A DNA stretch of 37,484 nt, taken from contig CAMVAG010000001.1 of the NCBI GenBank assembly GCA_947165405.1, forward strand, positions 1-37,484, written 5' to 3'. Of this stretch, positions 26,787 to 35,406 are shown in pieces (position 1 is the first letter of the stretch; every line of letters starts with the position of its first letter). A model generated the notes under the pieces. It saw only the letters and a list, made by a program, of their open reading frames with translations. It was not told the DNA's origin and searched no databases. The position numbers and the translations under genes were made by a program. This DNA comes from an uncultured Selenomonadales bacterium (GTDB lineage: Bacteria; Bacillota; Negativicutes; Selenomonadales; Selenomonadaceae).

Positions 26787-28691
26787 TCAGCTCTTCGGTT
26801 GAATCGTTCCGTTTTGATATGCCAGCAAAAGTTTATGCAAGCCGATAATTTCATCGCGAATGCCTTTGCCGTGATCGGTATCGCCAACCGTCATGTGCCG
26901 CGACAAAATTTCAACGGTCTGTGTTGTCGACTCAATGTCTTTGTTTTCGGCGAGGGCAAGCTTAACGTCGGCGATTTTCTGGTGGCGCAGAAGTCTGAAG
27001 CCGCGAGAATTTGAAACAAGCGTGTAACCCGAAATGCCCGTCTTCTCATGATAAGGCGTGCTGAATCCGCCGTCGATAATCACAGCTTTGCCGCCCGCTT
27101 TAATCGGACTTTCGCCTTGCCGCACGCGAACGGGAACATGACCGTTGATGATGTGCCCACGCTCGGCGTCAAGCCCGAACTCTTCCAAAATCTTATCGCA
27201 AATTTTCACGTCGTCAATCAAATTGTAATACGGGTCGGCGGGCTCCTTCCAAGTCTCCTTGTCCTCGACAAAGGCGCGCTCAAAAGTTCTGAACTCTCTG
27301 CCGGCTGTCGGCGAAAGCAATCCGCACCAGAGGAAGTACATGAAATCCAAATCCTCTTGGTTCCTGTCGAAGTAAGCACGGCGGGCTCGGCGGTCGACGT
27401 AATCAAAATAATTTTTGCCGCTGTAAGTTTCACCCTCGAACGAAATTTTTTTAAAGGAGCCGTCCTCTTCAAGCGGCACGTTCGCATGAAAAAGCAAGTT
27501 GCCGTTGTGGCAGGTGTAGACGCCGCCTTTCTTGTAGAGATAATCGACTTGCCTTTGAAAATTTACGCTCGCCAAAAAATTTTCTCGCAAGCCCGAAATA
27601 ATTTCGTATTCGTCTTCGGTCAATCTGTAGAGGTCGTCGGAATTTCTGTCAAGCGTCGGGAAATCGTTGGTGTTGAGCTTGTAACTTTGCCCGTTGAGAT
27701 TAACCGTGCCTTCGTCGAAATTAATCTTGTCCAAAAGAAGCCGCGAAGTCATTTTGAAATCGGGATTGCGGCGAATCAACTGCCCTTCCAACTTGAACAT
27801 CATCATCAAGCTTGCAAGCTCGGCGGCGCGCAGAGGATTTTCATTGGGATAAAGTTTCGAGGCAAAGACGGTCAGCGGGCGAAGACTTATTCCGTAGCCG
27901 CGCTCCAAAACGTCGGTGTTGTTGTAGTGCAGAGAATTCCTCACGACCGCCGCGATACAAACCTCGCTGCCAAGAGCCGCGCCCATCCATAAAATATCGT
28001 GATTGCCCCATTGAATGTCAAGCTCTTCGGGATAATTCATCAGCAAATTCAAAATGGCGTCCGGTCTGTCACCTCTGTCGAAGAAGTCGCCGACCAAATG
28101 CAGGCGGTGAATCGCCAAACGCTTTATCAATTCGGTGAAAGCTTGAATAAAATCTGCGCCGCTGTTTATCTCGACGATTGAGGTTAAAAGTTTTTCGTAG
28201 TAAGTTTTCTGCGCGTCGTCGGATTCGGGGTGCGTGTTGAGCAGTTCCAAAATAACGGTCTCGTAGCTGTTCGGGATAAGCTCGCGCATTTTGAATGAAG
28301 GATATTTAAAACTCATGAACTTTGCAAGCTTGACAAGCCGCGCCAAATTTTTCCGATACCAAGCGGGCGTGTCGCGTCCTTGAGATTTTATCTGCGTGAT
28401 TTTTTCTTTTGGATAATAAATCAGCGTGCAGAACTCGGCAATTTCCTCCTCGCCGAGCAAGTCGCCGAAAATGTAATCGACCTTCTCACGAATGACGCCG
28501 GAGCAGTTGTTGATTATGTGCAGGAACAAATCGTATTCGCCGTGCAAGTCGCTCATGAAATGTTCGGTGCCCTTCGGCAAAGACAGCCGCGATTGCAGAT
28601 AAATCAGTTTCTCGTAGATGGATTCTTTCGTCGGATATTTTTCCGAAAGGATTCGCATCAAGCTCGCCGCAAAATCGTAGTTGTCGGTCAT
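26787..28691 (-). CDS. fbp: fructose-1,6-bisphosphatase, class 3
   Basis: About 634 aa, with N-terminal LLSEKYPTKESIYEKLIYLQSRLSLPKGTEHFMSDLHGEYD and a GNHD metallophosphoesterase motif typical of Firmicutes-type FBPase III. The ATG at 28691 follows GGGAG; the upstream ORF-track extension has no support. Confidence 0.9.
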   Translation of the reverse strand: MTDNYDFAASLMRILSEKYPTKESIYEKLIYLQSRLSLPKGTEHFMSDLHGEYDLFLHIINNCSGVIREKVDYIFGDLLGEEEIAEFCTLIYYPKEKITQIKSQGRDTPAWYRKNLARLVKLAKFMSFKYPSFKMRELIPNSYETVILELLNTHPESDDAQKTYYEKLLTSIVEINSGADFIQAFTELIKRLAIHRLHLVGDFFDRGDRPDAILNLLMNYPEELDIQWGNHDILWMGAALGSEVCIAAVVRNSLHYNNTDVLERGYGISLRPLTVFASKLYPNENPLRAAELASLMMMFKLEGQLIRRNPDFKMTSRLLLDKINFDEGTVNLNGQSYKLNTNDFPTLDRNSDDLYRLTEDEYEIISGLRENFLASVNFQRQVDYLYKKGGVYTCHNGNLLFHANVPLEEDGSFKKISFEGETYSGKNYFDYVDRRARRAYFDRNQEDLDFMYFLWCGLLSPTAGREFRTFERAFVEDKETWKEPADPYYNLIDDVKICDKILEEFGLDAERGHIINGHVPVRVRQGESPIKAGGKAVIIDGGFSTPYHEKTGISGYTLVSNSRGFRLLRHQKIADVKLALAENKDIESTTQTVEILSRHMTVGDTDHGKGIRDEIIGLHKLLLAYQNGTIQPKS

Positions 28692-28736
28692 AATATCAGC
28701 TCCCTTGCGTTTTCCGATATTATAGCTTAATTTTCG

Positions 28737-28764
28737 TTGACAGCGTGAAAAATTTTTGTATAAT
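28737..28764 (+). promoter_or_regulatory. putative promoter of pssA
   Basis: TTGACA (28737-28742), 16 nt, TATAAT (28759-28764). Confidence 0.6.
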
Positions 28765-28887
28765 TTTAAATGAAATCGGGCTGTAAAAAGCCGAGCGACC
28801 TTAAAAAAATTCATAGCTTTTTTTGTATGGAAGATAACATGTCCTTGAAGGACGTTACCGATTGTTTTTATTATGCGAGGTGCTCAA

Positions 28888-29586
28888 ATGAAGTGGCTGC
28901 TGCCCAACGCCTGCACGGCGGCAAATTTATTTTTCGGAATGCTTTCAATCCTCTCAACTTACGAGGGGAATTTTTTCAATGCGTCGATTTTCATCTTGCT
29001 TGCGCTGATAGCTGACGGCATGGACGGACGGGTTGCCCGCGCCCTCAACGCCGCCTCCGAACTCGGCAAGGAAATGGATTCTCTTTGTGACTTGGGCTCG
29101 TTCGGAATCGCGCCCGCGTTTTTGGCTTATGCTTTTTGCATGAACAACTTCGGGCTTTTGGGCAAGGCGGCTGCGATAATTTTTGCCTTGTGCGGCATGT
29201 GGCGGCTTGCTCGTTTCAACGTCAATACAAACGTCGTGCACGGATTTTTTATGGGCTTGGCAATCCCCGCCGGCGGTTGTATCGTGGCGACGACAACTCT
29301 CCTCTTTCTCGAAATGGGCATTAAGCCGGAAAACTTCGGGCTTGTCTATCCAATCACCGTTATAATCGTCGCTTACCTCATGGTCAGCCACGTCCACTAT
29401 CCCGACTTCAAAGGCGACGGCGAAAAAATTTTCCTCGTTTCAAAAATCTGCGCGGCGGCTCTGTTCGCGGGAATAATCTTCTTGACGCAATCGTGGCAGG
29501 GCGTTTTAACGGCAATCTTTGCAACCTATGCGGTCTTCGGTATAATCAACTCACTGATAGCTTTAATGACGCGGGACAAGTTGTAA
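28888..29586 (+). CDS. pssA: CDP-diacylglycerol--serine O-phosphatidyltransferase
   Basis: CDP-alcohol phosphatidyltransferase motif DGMDGRVARALNAASELGKEMDSLCD in a polytopic protein of about 230 aa. The ATG at 28888 lies 5 nt after GAGGTG; the ATG at 28873 is an alternative start. Confidence 0.85.
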   Translation: MKWLLPNACTAANLFFGMLSILSTYEGNFFNASIFILLALIADGMDGRVARALNAASELGKEMDSLCDLGSFGIAPAFLAYAFCMNNFGLLGKAAAIIFALCGMWRLARFNVNTNVVHGFFMGLAIPAGGCIVATTTLLFLEMGIKPENFGLVYPITVIIVAYLMVSHVHYPDFKGDGEKIFLVSKICAAALFAGIIFLTQSWQGVLTAIFATYAVFGIINSLIALMTRDKL

Positions 29587-29600
29587 AGGAGTGATTTGAA

Positions 29601-29954
29601 ATGGCGACAACCGATGAACGTTTGAATACTCTCGAACAACAATTTGCAGTGACGATGACAAAAGTGGATTCGGCACTTGCGGAACTGAAAGAACAGCGTG
29701 AAGACATGCGGCGTTTGTGGGAAAGACAAGACGCCGAACGCGCACAACGTGACGCCGACATAAGAGAATTGCATAAGCGGCAAGAGGCGGCTCAAGAAAA
29801 ACACGAAGCCGATATGCACGAAATGAACGAGCGTTTCTACGGGAAGATTGACGACTTGAGCAAACAGATTAATGACACTTGGAAACAAACGATGATAGGC
29901 GTTGGCGGTATGATTATCGCTTTGGGAGCTTTGATTATAGGGGCGTTGAAGTAA
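29601..29954 (+). CDS. small tail-anchored coiled-coil protein (hypothetical)
   Basis: 117 aa, with SD AAGGAG upstream. It has about 95 aa of charged heptad-like sequence, then a single C-terminal TM segment (MIGVGGMIIALGALIIGAL). It starts 14 nt after pssA and a terminator follows. Confidence 0.65.
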   Translation: MATTDERLNTLEQQFAVTMTKVDSALAELKEQREDMRRLWERQDAERAQRDADIRELHKRQEAAQEKHEADMHEMNERFYGKIDDLSKQINDTWKQTMIGVGGMIIALGALIIGALK

Positions 29955-29962
29955 AAAAATTA

Positions 29963-29997
29963 TCGGCTCTGTCATGTGGCGGAGCCGATTTTTTTTA
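29963..29997. terminator. bidirectional intrinsic terminator
   Basis: A7-ttaTCGGCTC-12 nt-GAGCCGA-T9. The stop codon of the convergent glycosyltransferase lies in the loop. Confidence 0.75.
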
Positions 29998-31066
29998 TTT
30001 GATTTACAATCTCTTGAGCCGCGAACGGTCGAGAAATTTTTTTCGCGCAAAGTCTCATATCCTCAAGCCGCGCAGGGTCGTTGAGCAGTTCCTCAATGAC
30101 GGAGGAAATTTTTTTGTCGCCGACGGAAATCGCCGCGCCGTGAGCTGTTGCATAAGCTGCGTTGAGGGCTTCGGGTCCCGGTATCGGCTCGTGAAGAATC
30201 AACGGCACGCCCGCCGCGAAAGCCTCCGTCATGGTGAGCGCGCCCGGTTTTGTTATCAGCAAGTCCGCCTGCGCCATGAGCTTTTCAACGTCAGCAACGT
30301 AGCCGAAAATTTCTGTCGGGTGCAAAAATTTTTCCCGTTGCAATTTCGCCAAAAGATTTTCGTTCTGCCCGGCGACGACCAAAATTTTCAGCGGGGATTT
30401 TATTTTGTTCAGCTCCGATAAAGTTTCCTCGATTGAGCCCAATCCCAAGCCGCCGCCCATGATTAAAATCGTCGTTCGCGAATTGGGATTTCTTTGCGCG
30501 GAAGAAAATTTTTCGTCAATCGGAATGCCCGTTGCGAAAATTTTTTGTCCCGTCCGACAATGCGCGGCAAGTTCCCGACGCATCTCCTCCGTCGCAACAA
30601 AGTAAGCGTCGACTTCGCCGAAAATCCAAATCGCGTGCAACGAATAATCCGTCAGCACCGTTGCCAACAAAAATTTTTCGGCTGATTTTGCGTGAAGGAA
30701 TTTCCAAAGTGACGCGGCGGCTTCCGGGAAAGGATGCGTGCAAATCACGACGTCCGGTCGAAAATTTTTCAGCAGGCGGGCGAAAGGCAAATACATCAGC
30801 GCGGAACTCAAAAACCTCGCCGAGACTCCGACTTTCTTTCCGTCCGCGAATTTGTAAATTCTGTCGTAGAGGTCGGGAATAAATTTCAGCGCGGCAAGAT
30901 AAAATTTTTTCGTCAACCAATTCAGCGTCGAAATTTCTTTCGCCATGAAGTCGACGACGTGAACATCAATTCCTAATTCCTCATTCCTAATTTCTAATTG
31001 AATTGCCTCTGCCGCCTTCGTGTGACCGGAACCGATTGACGCCGATAAAATTAAAATTTTCAGCAA
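29972..31066 (-). CDS. diacylglycerol glycosyltransferase (MGDG-synthase/UgtP-like, GT28 family)
   Basis: N-terminal ILILSASIGSGHTKAAEAI (MGDG_synth signature) and a C-terminal GT-B Glyco_tran_28_C-like domain (KPGALTMTEA). The TTG start at 31066 lies 6 nt after a GGAGG embedded in the 3' end of the SDR gene. Confidence 0.8.
   Translation of the reverse strand: MLKILILSASIGSGHTKAAEAIQLEIRNEELGIDVHVVDFMAKEISTLNWLTKKFYLAALKFIPDLYDRIYKFADGKKVGVSARFLSSALMYLPFARLLKNFRPDVVICTHPFPEAAASLWKFLHAKSAEKFLLATVLTDYSLHAIWIFGEVDAYFVATEEMRRELAAHCRTGQKIFATGIPIDEKFSSAQRNPNSRTTILIMGGGLGLGSIEETLSELNKIKSPLKILVVAGQNENLLAKLQREKFLHPTEIFGYVADVEKLMAQADLLITKPGALTMTEAFAAGVPLILHEPIPGPEALNAAYATAHGAAISVGDKKISSVIEELLNDPARLEDMRLCAKKISRPFAAQEIVNQIKKIGSAT
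30969..30999. repeat. copy B of the dispersed repeat shared with 12075-12105
   Basis: Lies inside the glycosyltransferase CDS, where it encodes EIRNEELGI on the minus strand. Confidence 0.9.
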
Positions 31067-31779
31067 GTCAAACCTCCGTCGACACTTAAGACCGCGCCCG
31101 TTATGAATTTCGCCGACGACAAAAAATAAATTGCCTCCGCGACTTCTTCGGGCTTGCCGATTCTTCCGAGCGGATAAAATTTTTCCAAGTCCTCAAGCGT
31201 CGAGCCCGAAGTTTTTAATTGATTCAAAGTCAGCGGCGTCAAAATATCGCCGGGCGCGACGCAATTCACGCGGATTGAAAAACTTGCCAACTCCAACGCC
31301 AAAGACTTCGTGAACGCGACGACAGCCCCTTTGCTTGCAGCATACGCCGCGCAGAAATAATTTCCTTTCAAGCCCGCGTCACTTGCCACGTTGACGATTG
31401 AGCCTTGAGTTTTAATCAGCTCGTCGACAGCCGCCCGCGCTAAAAAAAATGTTCCCTTGACGTTCGTGTTAAAGAGGTCGTCGAAAATTTTTTCGTTCGT
31501 CGAAGTGATTGCGCCCTCGTGATAAATGCCGGCATTGTTTATCAAAATGTCGACGCCGCCGAAAATTTCAACAGCCCGTGAAATAATTTTCTCGCAATCC
31601 TCGACGCGCCGAACATCCGCCGAAACAAATTCAAAGTTCCCGACGAGTTCCGATTTAATTTTTTCGAAACGCTCACGACTTCTGCCGACGAGCACGCAAT
31701 TAAAATCGTTCGCCAAAAAAATTTTCGCCGTCGCCGACCCGATACCCGACGTGCCGCCGGTGATAATCGCCGTTTTCAT
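31060..31779 (-). CDS. SDR-family oxidoreductase (classical short-chain dehydrogenase)
   Basis: TGGTSGIGSATA cofactor motif, NNAG, and catalytic YAASKGAV. Its stop codon overlaps the downstream TTG start. Confidence 0.85.
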   Translation of the reverse strand: MKTAIITGGTSGIGSATAKIFLANDFNCVLVGRSRERFEKIKSELVGNFEFVSADVRRVEDCEKIISRAVEIFGGVDILINNAGIYHEGAITSTNEKIFDDLFNTNVKGTFFLARAAVDELIKTQGSIVNVASDAGLKGNYFCAAYAASKGAVVAFTKSLALELASFSIRVNCVAPGDILTPLTLNQLKTSGSTLEDLEKFYPLGRIGKPEEVAEAIYFLSSAKFITGAVLSVDGGLTC

Positions 31780-31793
31780 AAGCTCTCCTAATC

Positions 31794-31825
31794 AAAAACA
31801 GAGCCGAGCTTTTTACTCGACTCTG
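31794..31825 (-). terminator. intrinsic terminator after the HU gene
   Basis: Minus strand: CAGAGTCGAG-taaaaag-CTCGGCTCTG followed by T5. Confidence 0.7.
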
Positions 31826-31836
31826 CGGAAATTTTC

Positions 31837-32112
31837 TTAGGGATTGCAAGCCTCTTTGAGACTCTTGCCCGATTTGAAGGACGGCAGTTTCGACGATTTG
31901 ATTTCAATCTCTTCGCCGGTGCGCGGGTTGCGACCTTTGCGGGCAGCACGTTCTCTGACTTCAAAAGTGCCGAAGCCCAAGACTTGAACTTTGTCGCCTT
32001 CAATAAGTGCCGTTTTAATCGCCTCAAAAGTTGCCGCGACTGCCTTCTCCGCCGTTTTGCGGTCAAGTTTGGCTTTATCGGCAACCTTTACTATCAATTC
32101 AGCTCTTGTCAT
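31837..32112 (-). CDS. hup: HU-family DNA-binding protein
   Basis: 91 aa. MTRAELI..., [25 protein letters not shown] is the classic HU arm. The ATG at 32112 follows GAGGAGGA. Confidence 0.95.
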   Translation of the reverse strand: MTRAELIVKVADKAKLDRKTAEKAVAATFEAIKTALIEGDKVQVLGFGTFEVRERAARKGRNPRTGEEIEIKSSKLPSFKSGKSLKEACNP

Positions 32113-32147
32113 AAAAGAGTTCCTCCTCTTGAAAAAATTACCTGCAG

Positions 32148-32176
32148 AATTTACCAGAATACTCAAGAAAAATCAA
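32148..32176 (-). promoter_or_regulatory. putative promoter of the HU gene
   Basis: Minus strand: TTGATT (32176-32171), 17 nt, TAAATT (32153-32148). Confidence 0.45.
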
Positions 32177-32182
32177 GTACTT

Positions 32183-32362
32183 TTACGCCGTAACGTCAAG
32201 ATTGTTTCCGATTGCGGGGTCGAGGCTTTCGACAAGTTCCAAAGCTTCTTCGACTGCCGCGTTGTCCGTCGACATTGCCATCCTCAAAACCGACAAGCCC
32301 AACTCCTGTTGAGTCTTCGCCATGTTCATATCCACCGAAAGTGCCGCTATCGCCATATCCAT
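32183..32362 (-). CDS. YjfB-family small protein (putative motility protein)
   Basis: MDMAIAALSVDMNMAKTQQELGLSVLRMAMSTDN matches the YjfB_motility pattern (MDIAA.S...Q......S..V.K.AMD). The ATG at 32362 lies 10 nt after AAGGAGT. Confidence 0.6.
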   Translation of the reverse strand: MDMAIAALSVDMNMAKTQQELGLSVLRMAMSTDNAAVEEALELVESLDPAIGNNLDVTA

Positions 32363-32398
32363 TGCCGCCAACTCCTTCCTTGTTTCCGCTATCGATAA

Positions 32399-32734
32399 TT
32401 ACTTCGTGTTGATAATCAGCGCGAAAAAAATTAAATCCTCGTCGCCGATAGTCTCGATACCGTGAGTGTCTCCGTCCGCGCAAAAGGTCGTATCGCCCGC
32501 TTTGACTTCGTAAGTTTTGCCGTTGTCGGTATAAAGCCCTTTGCCTTGAATGATATGATAAGTTTCGTTGGTGCCGACGTGTTGGTGAACGCCGAGCGCG
32601 GCTCCTACGGGGACTGTGACGCGGGCGAACATTGCGCATTTGTCAAGCATTTCTTTGGGCGTCAAAAGGTGCGTGATAAAAATTTCGCCCTTACCTTTTT
32701 TGGCAGTTACCGTCTTCTGCTCAATAATCGGCAT
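32399..32734 (-). CDS. cupin-domain protein
   Basis: 111 aa with a cupin_2 pattern (GVHQHVGTNETYHIIQGKG ... GDTHGIE). SD GGAAGGAGG lies upstream. Confidence 0.75.
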   Translation of the reverse strand: MPIIEQKTVTAKKGKGEIFITHLLTPKEMLDKCAMFARVTVPVGAALGVHQHVGTNETYHIIQGKGLYTDNGKTYEVKAGDTTFCADGDTHGIETIGDEDLIFFALIINTK

Positions 32735-32752
32735 TTTAAAACCTCCTTCCGA

Positions 32753-33163
32753 TTAAATATCGTCGTCGTCCTTAGCCAACCGCTTTGCTTTGATTTTTTT
32801 CATGACTTGAACGGTGCGGACGATTTGTTCTTTGGTATAGGGCTTGTGAATAAAATCTATCGCGCCCATTTTGAGGCACTGCATCAATTTTTGCGGCTCG
32901 CCCATTGAACTGAGCATGATAACGGGCACGTCGGGAGCGACTTCGCGAATAAATTCCAGTGCTTCGATTCCGCCGACGACCGGCATGACGATATCCAAGA
33001 TGATGCCATCGGGTTCTTGTTCCAAGACCAAAGTAATTGCCTCTTTGCCGTTGACTGCCTCTATAACTTCGCAACCTTGTTGTTCGAGTTCTTCGCGCAG
33101 CTTTTTGCGAAGGAGCTTTGAGTCGTCGGTTATCAACACGCGAAGTTTTTCTTGCTCGTCCAT
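32753..33163 (-). CDS. single-domain response regulator (CheY-like receiver)
   Basis: 136 aa with a DD pair (ITDDS), phospho-acceptor Asp (ILDIVMP), S (LSSMG) and K (HKPY). No output domain. Confidence 0.85.
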   Translation of the reverse strand: MDEQEKLRVLITDDSKLLRKKLREELEQQGCEVIEAVNGKEAITLVLEQEPDGIILDIVMPVVGGIEALEFIREVAPDVPVIMLSSMGEPQKLMQCLKMGAIDFIHKPYTKEQIVRTVQVMKKIKAKRLAKDDDDI

Positions 33164-33236
33164 AAAAATCGCCGCCTCCCTAAAAATAATCGCCCGAAGG
33201 CGAAAATATATTTATAATCGTAAAATTTTCATCATA

Positions 33237-33325
<89 letters not shown>

Positions 33326-33336
33326 TAAACGCGCCG

Positions 33337-33365
33337 ATAATAACAAAAACCTCGCGCAATGTCAA
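33337..33365 (-). promoter_or_regulatory. promoter of tRNA-Ser
   Basis: Minus strand: TTGACA (33365-33360), 17 nt, TATTAT (33342-33337), ending 11 nt before the tRNA 5' end. Confidence 0.7.
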
Positions 33366-33482
33366 TGTTTTTTTAAGTCTTGAAGATAAGCTGAAGGCAT
33401 AAGAGCGCGGAGAAAAAGTAACCTCAATCCGACGGTTCGCGTCCACTTCCATATCTTTTTTAGCTTATACATTCATTGGCGG

Positions 33483-33511
33483 TTGAAGTGGCGCAACCTA
33501 TCAGTTATAAT
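33483..33511 (+). promoter_or_regulatory. putative promoter of the MutS-like gene
   Basis: TTGAAG (33483-33488), 17 nt, TATAAT (33506-33511). Confidence 0.6.
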
Positions 33512-33578
33512 GCTTGATAACATTTCCGAAAAAAATTTTCGACGGCGGCGCAGCAAAACTTTAAAAGGTGGAAAAGTA

Positions 33579-35357
33579 ATGAATCGGGAGTTTTACGACA
33601 ACGAGCGCGAGATTGACTTGGCTGAACAAAAGACTTTGCATAAGCGGGAGAAAAAAATTGTCGTCGCCCGTTCGCTTGTATTTCTCGGAGCGGCAGCGAG
33701 CTTTGCAATCGGTTGGGACAGCGGAACACATTACTGCTACATAATCGCGGCGATACTTGCAATGATATTCATACGCTTGATAAATTATCACGACTACTTG
33801 AAACGCCGAAAAAATTTTTTAAAGAGTCGTTTGGCGGTCGTGAATTCTTATTTGGCACGCGCAAAGGGAACGTGGCGCAAGCGTTCCAACGACGGAAGCA
33901 TTTATCTGAAAAACGACAGACCGCAAGACGAAGACTTACACATTTTCGGAGTCGGCTCGGTTTATCAATACATCTGCGCGGCACGGACGAAACGCGGACG
34001 AGATTTATTGGCGGAAGCATTTACACCTGAGGCGAAAGACTTCAACGAATTGAGGAATCGTCAACGCGGAGTGCAGGAACTTTTGCAACGACCGCGCTTG
34101 GCATTGGACTTGGAAGCTTACGGACGCTTAATGCCGAACAATCACGACACGAGCGAATTGGTTGCCAGCGTGGAAGAGGAACAACCTTTAACCGGAAAAA
34201 TTTACGCGCTGCGATACGTGCAACCCGTCTTGGTGATTGCAAGCTTGTTGCTTTATGCGTTCGGTCAAGCGGATTGGGAAATTTTGGGCGGCGTAATTAT
34301 TTTGGGAGTAATGGCGGGAGTGATGGCGATACCTGCCGTGAACGAACGAGTGCGCGGCTTGAAAGTCATTTCAAAAGAATTGCGAGCTTACGAAAGAATT
34401 TTTGAACGCTTGGAAAGTACAAACTTCAGCAGCAAAAGATTGATAGCCGTGCGAGACATCTTGACCGACGAGGTGCAGGCGAGTGAGGAATTGCGACGGC
34501 TTAGAATTTTGGTTGAGTTGGTTCGTGCGAGGAGAAATCCCGTCTTCTTTATCGTGTGGAACGGTTTGCTGCTGGGCGATTTGCATTTGGCGAAAAGATA
34601 TATGCAATGGCGCGAGGCAGTTCGGTGGCATATCGGCAGTTGGTTGGATGCACATGCAGAAGTTGAAGTGCTCATGTCTTTGGCGACGATAGGTCAAACG
34701 CGAGAGCGATACACCTTCCCGACGTTTTACGAGGAAGCGGAGCCTCACATAAAAGCGGAAGGTTTGAAAAGCCTTTTGGTTGCCGAAGAACGAGGCGTCG
34801 GAAACAATGTTGAGTTGAAAGCGGGCACAACGATAATCACCGGCGCGAACATGTCGGGCAAAACGACTTGGATAAGAACATTGGCGGGCGCGGTGATGTT
34901 GGCTTATGCGGGAGCACCGGTTTGCGCGAAAAATTTTCAAGTGAGCAGCTTGAAAGTTTTAACTTCGATAAGAGTGAACGACGACTTGAGTCAAGGGCTT
35001 TCGACTTTCTACGCCGAACTGATGCGAATCAAAACGATGATAGAAGCGACCGAACGCGGCGAACGATTGCTGATATGCATTGACGAAATTTTTAAAGGAA
35101 CAAATTCAAACGACAGAGTGAGCGGCGCGAAGGAGGCAATACGACGTTTGACGACGGAACGAAACATAACTTTGGTGACGACGCATGACTTTGAACTTTG
35201 CGAATTGGAAAAGGAAAACGAGCGGATAAGCAACGGACACTTTGAAGAACACTACGAAGGCGACGAAATAAAATTCGATTACAAGTTGCGCGAAGGTCGA
35301 ACGCACACGACGAACGCCCGTTATCTTTTGCGCTTGGTCGGAATAAATATTGATTGA
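33579..35357 (+). CDS. membrane-embedded MutS-related ATPase (MutS domain V only)
   Basis: The ATG at 33579 lies 7 nt after AAAGGTGG. There are two pairs of TM helices in the N-terminal half. The C-terminal part carries MutS-type ABC ATPase motifs: GANMSGKTT (Walker A), STFYAEL, LICIDEIFKGTNSNDR (Walker B) and TTHDFEL. No mismatch-binding domain, clamp domain or Smr domain is recognisable. Confidence 0.8.
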   Translation: MNREFYDNEREIDLAEQKTLHKREKKIVVARSLVFLGAAASFAIGWDSGTHYCYIIAAILAMIFIRLINYHDYLKRRKNFLKSRLAVVNSYLARAKGTWRKRSNDGSIYLKNDRPQDEDLHIFGVGSVYQYICAARTKRGRDLLAEAFTPEAKDFNELRNRQRGVQELLQRPRLALDLEAYGRLMPNNHDTSELVASVEEEQPLTGKIYALRYVQPVLVIASLLLYAFGQADWEILGGVIILGVMAGVMAIPAVNERVRGLKVISKELRAYERIFERLESTNFSSKRLIAVRDILTDEVQASEELRRLRILVELVRARRNPVFFIVWNGLLLGDLHLAKRYMQWREAVRWHIGSWLDAHAEVEVLMSLATIGQTRERYTFPTFYEEAEPHIKAEGLKSLLVAEERGVGNNVELKAGTTIITGANMSGKTTWIRTLAGAVMLAYAGAPVCAKNFQVSSLKVLTSIRVNDDLSQGLSTFYAELMRIKTMIEATERGERLLICIDEIFKGTNSNDRVSGAKEAIRRLTTERNITLVTTHDFELCELEKENERISNGHFEEHYEGDEIKFDYKLREGRTHTTNARYLLRLVGINID

Positions 35358-35365
35358 AAAAAAAG

Positions 35366-35393
35366 AACCGTCATTCACGACGGTTTTTTTTTT
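35366..35393. terminator. bidirectional intrinsic terminator
   Basis: A8-gAACCGTC-attcac-GACGGTT-T8, between convergent genes. Confidence 0.8.
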
Positions 35394-35406
35394 GCAACAA
35401 AATAAT

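Noticed and set aside
28841-28853. Palindrome GTCCTTgAAGGAC in the fbp-pssA intergenic region as a possible operator, and the 7-bp inverted repeat at 12114-12137.
   Set aside because: Inverted repeats of 6-7 bp are expected several times by chance in 37 kb. Without conservation data they carry little weight.
28770-29015. 81-aa ORF starting at about the predicted pssA transcription start and overlapping pssA out of frame (possible leaderless small protein).
   Set aside because: It has no SD, overlaps the conserved pssA frame, and is Cys/Phe-rich with no motif. Leaderless translation would be pure speculation.
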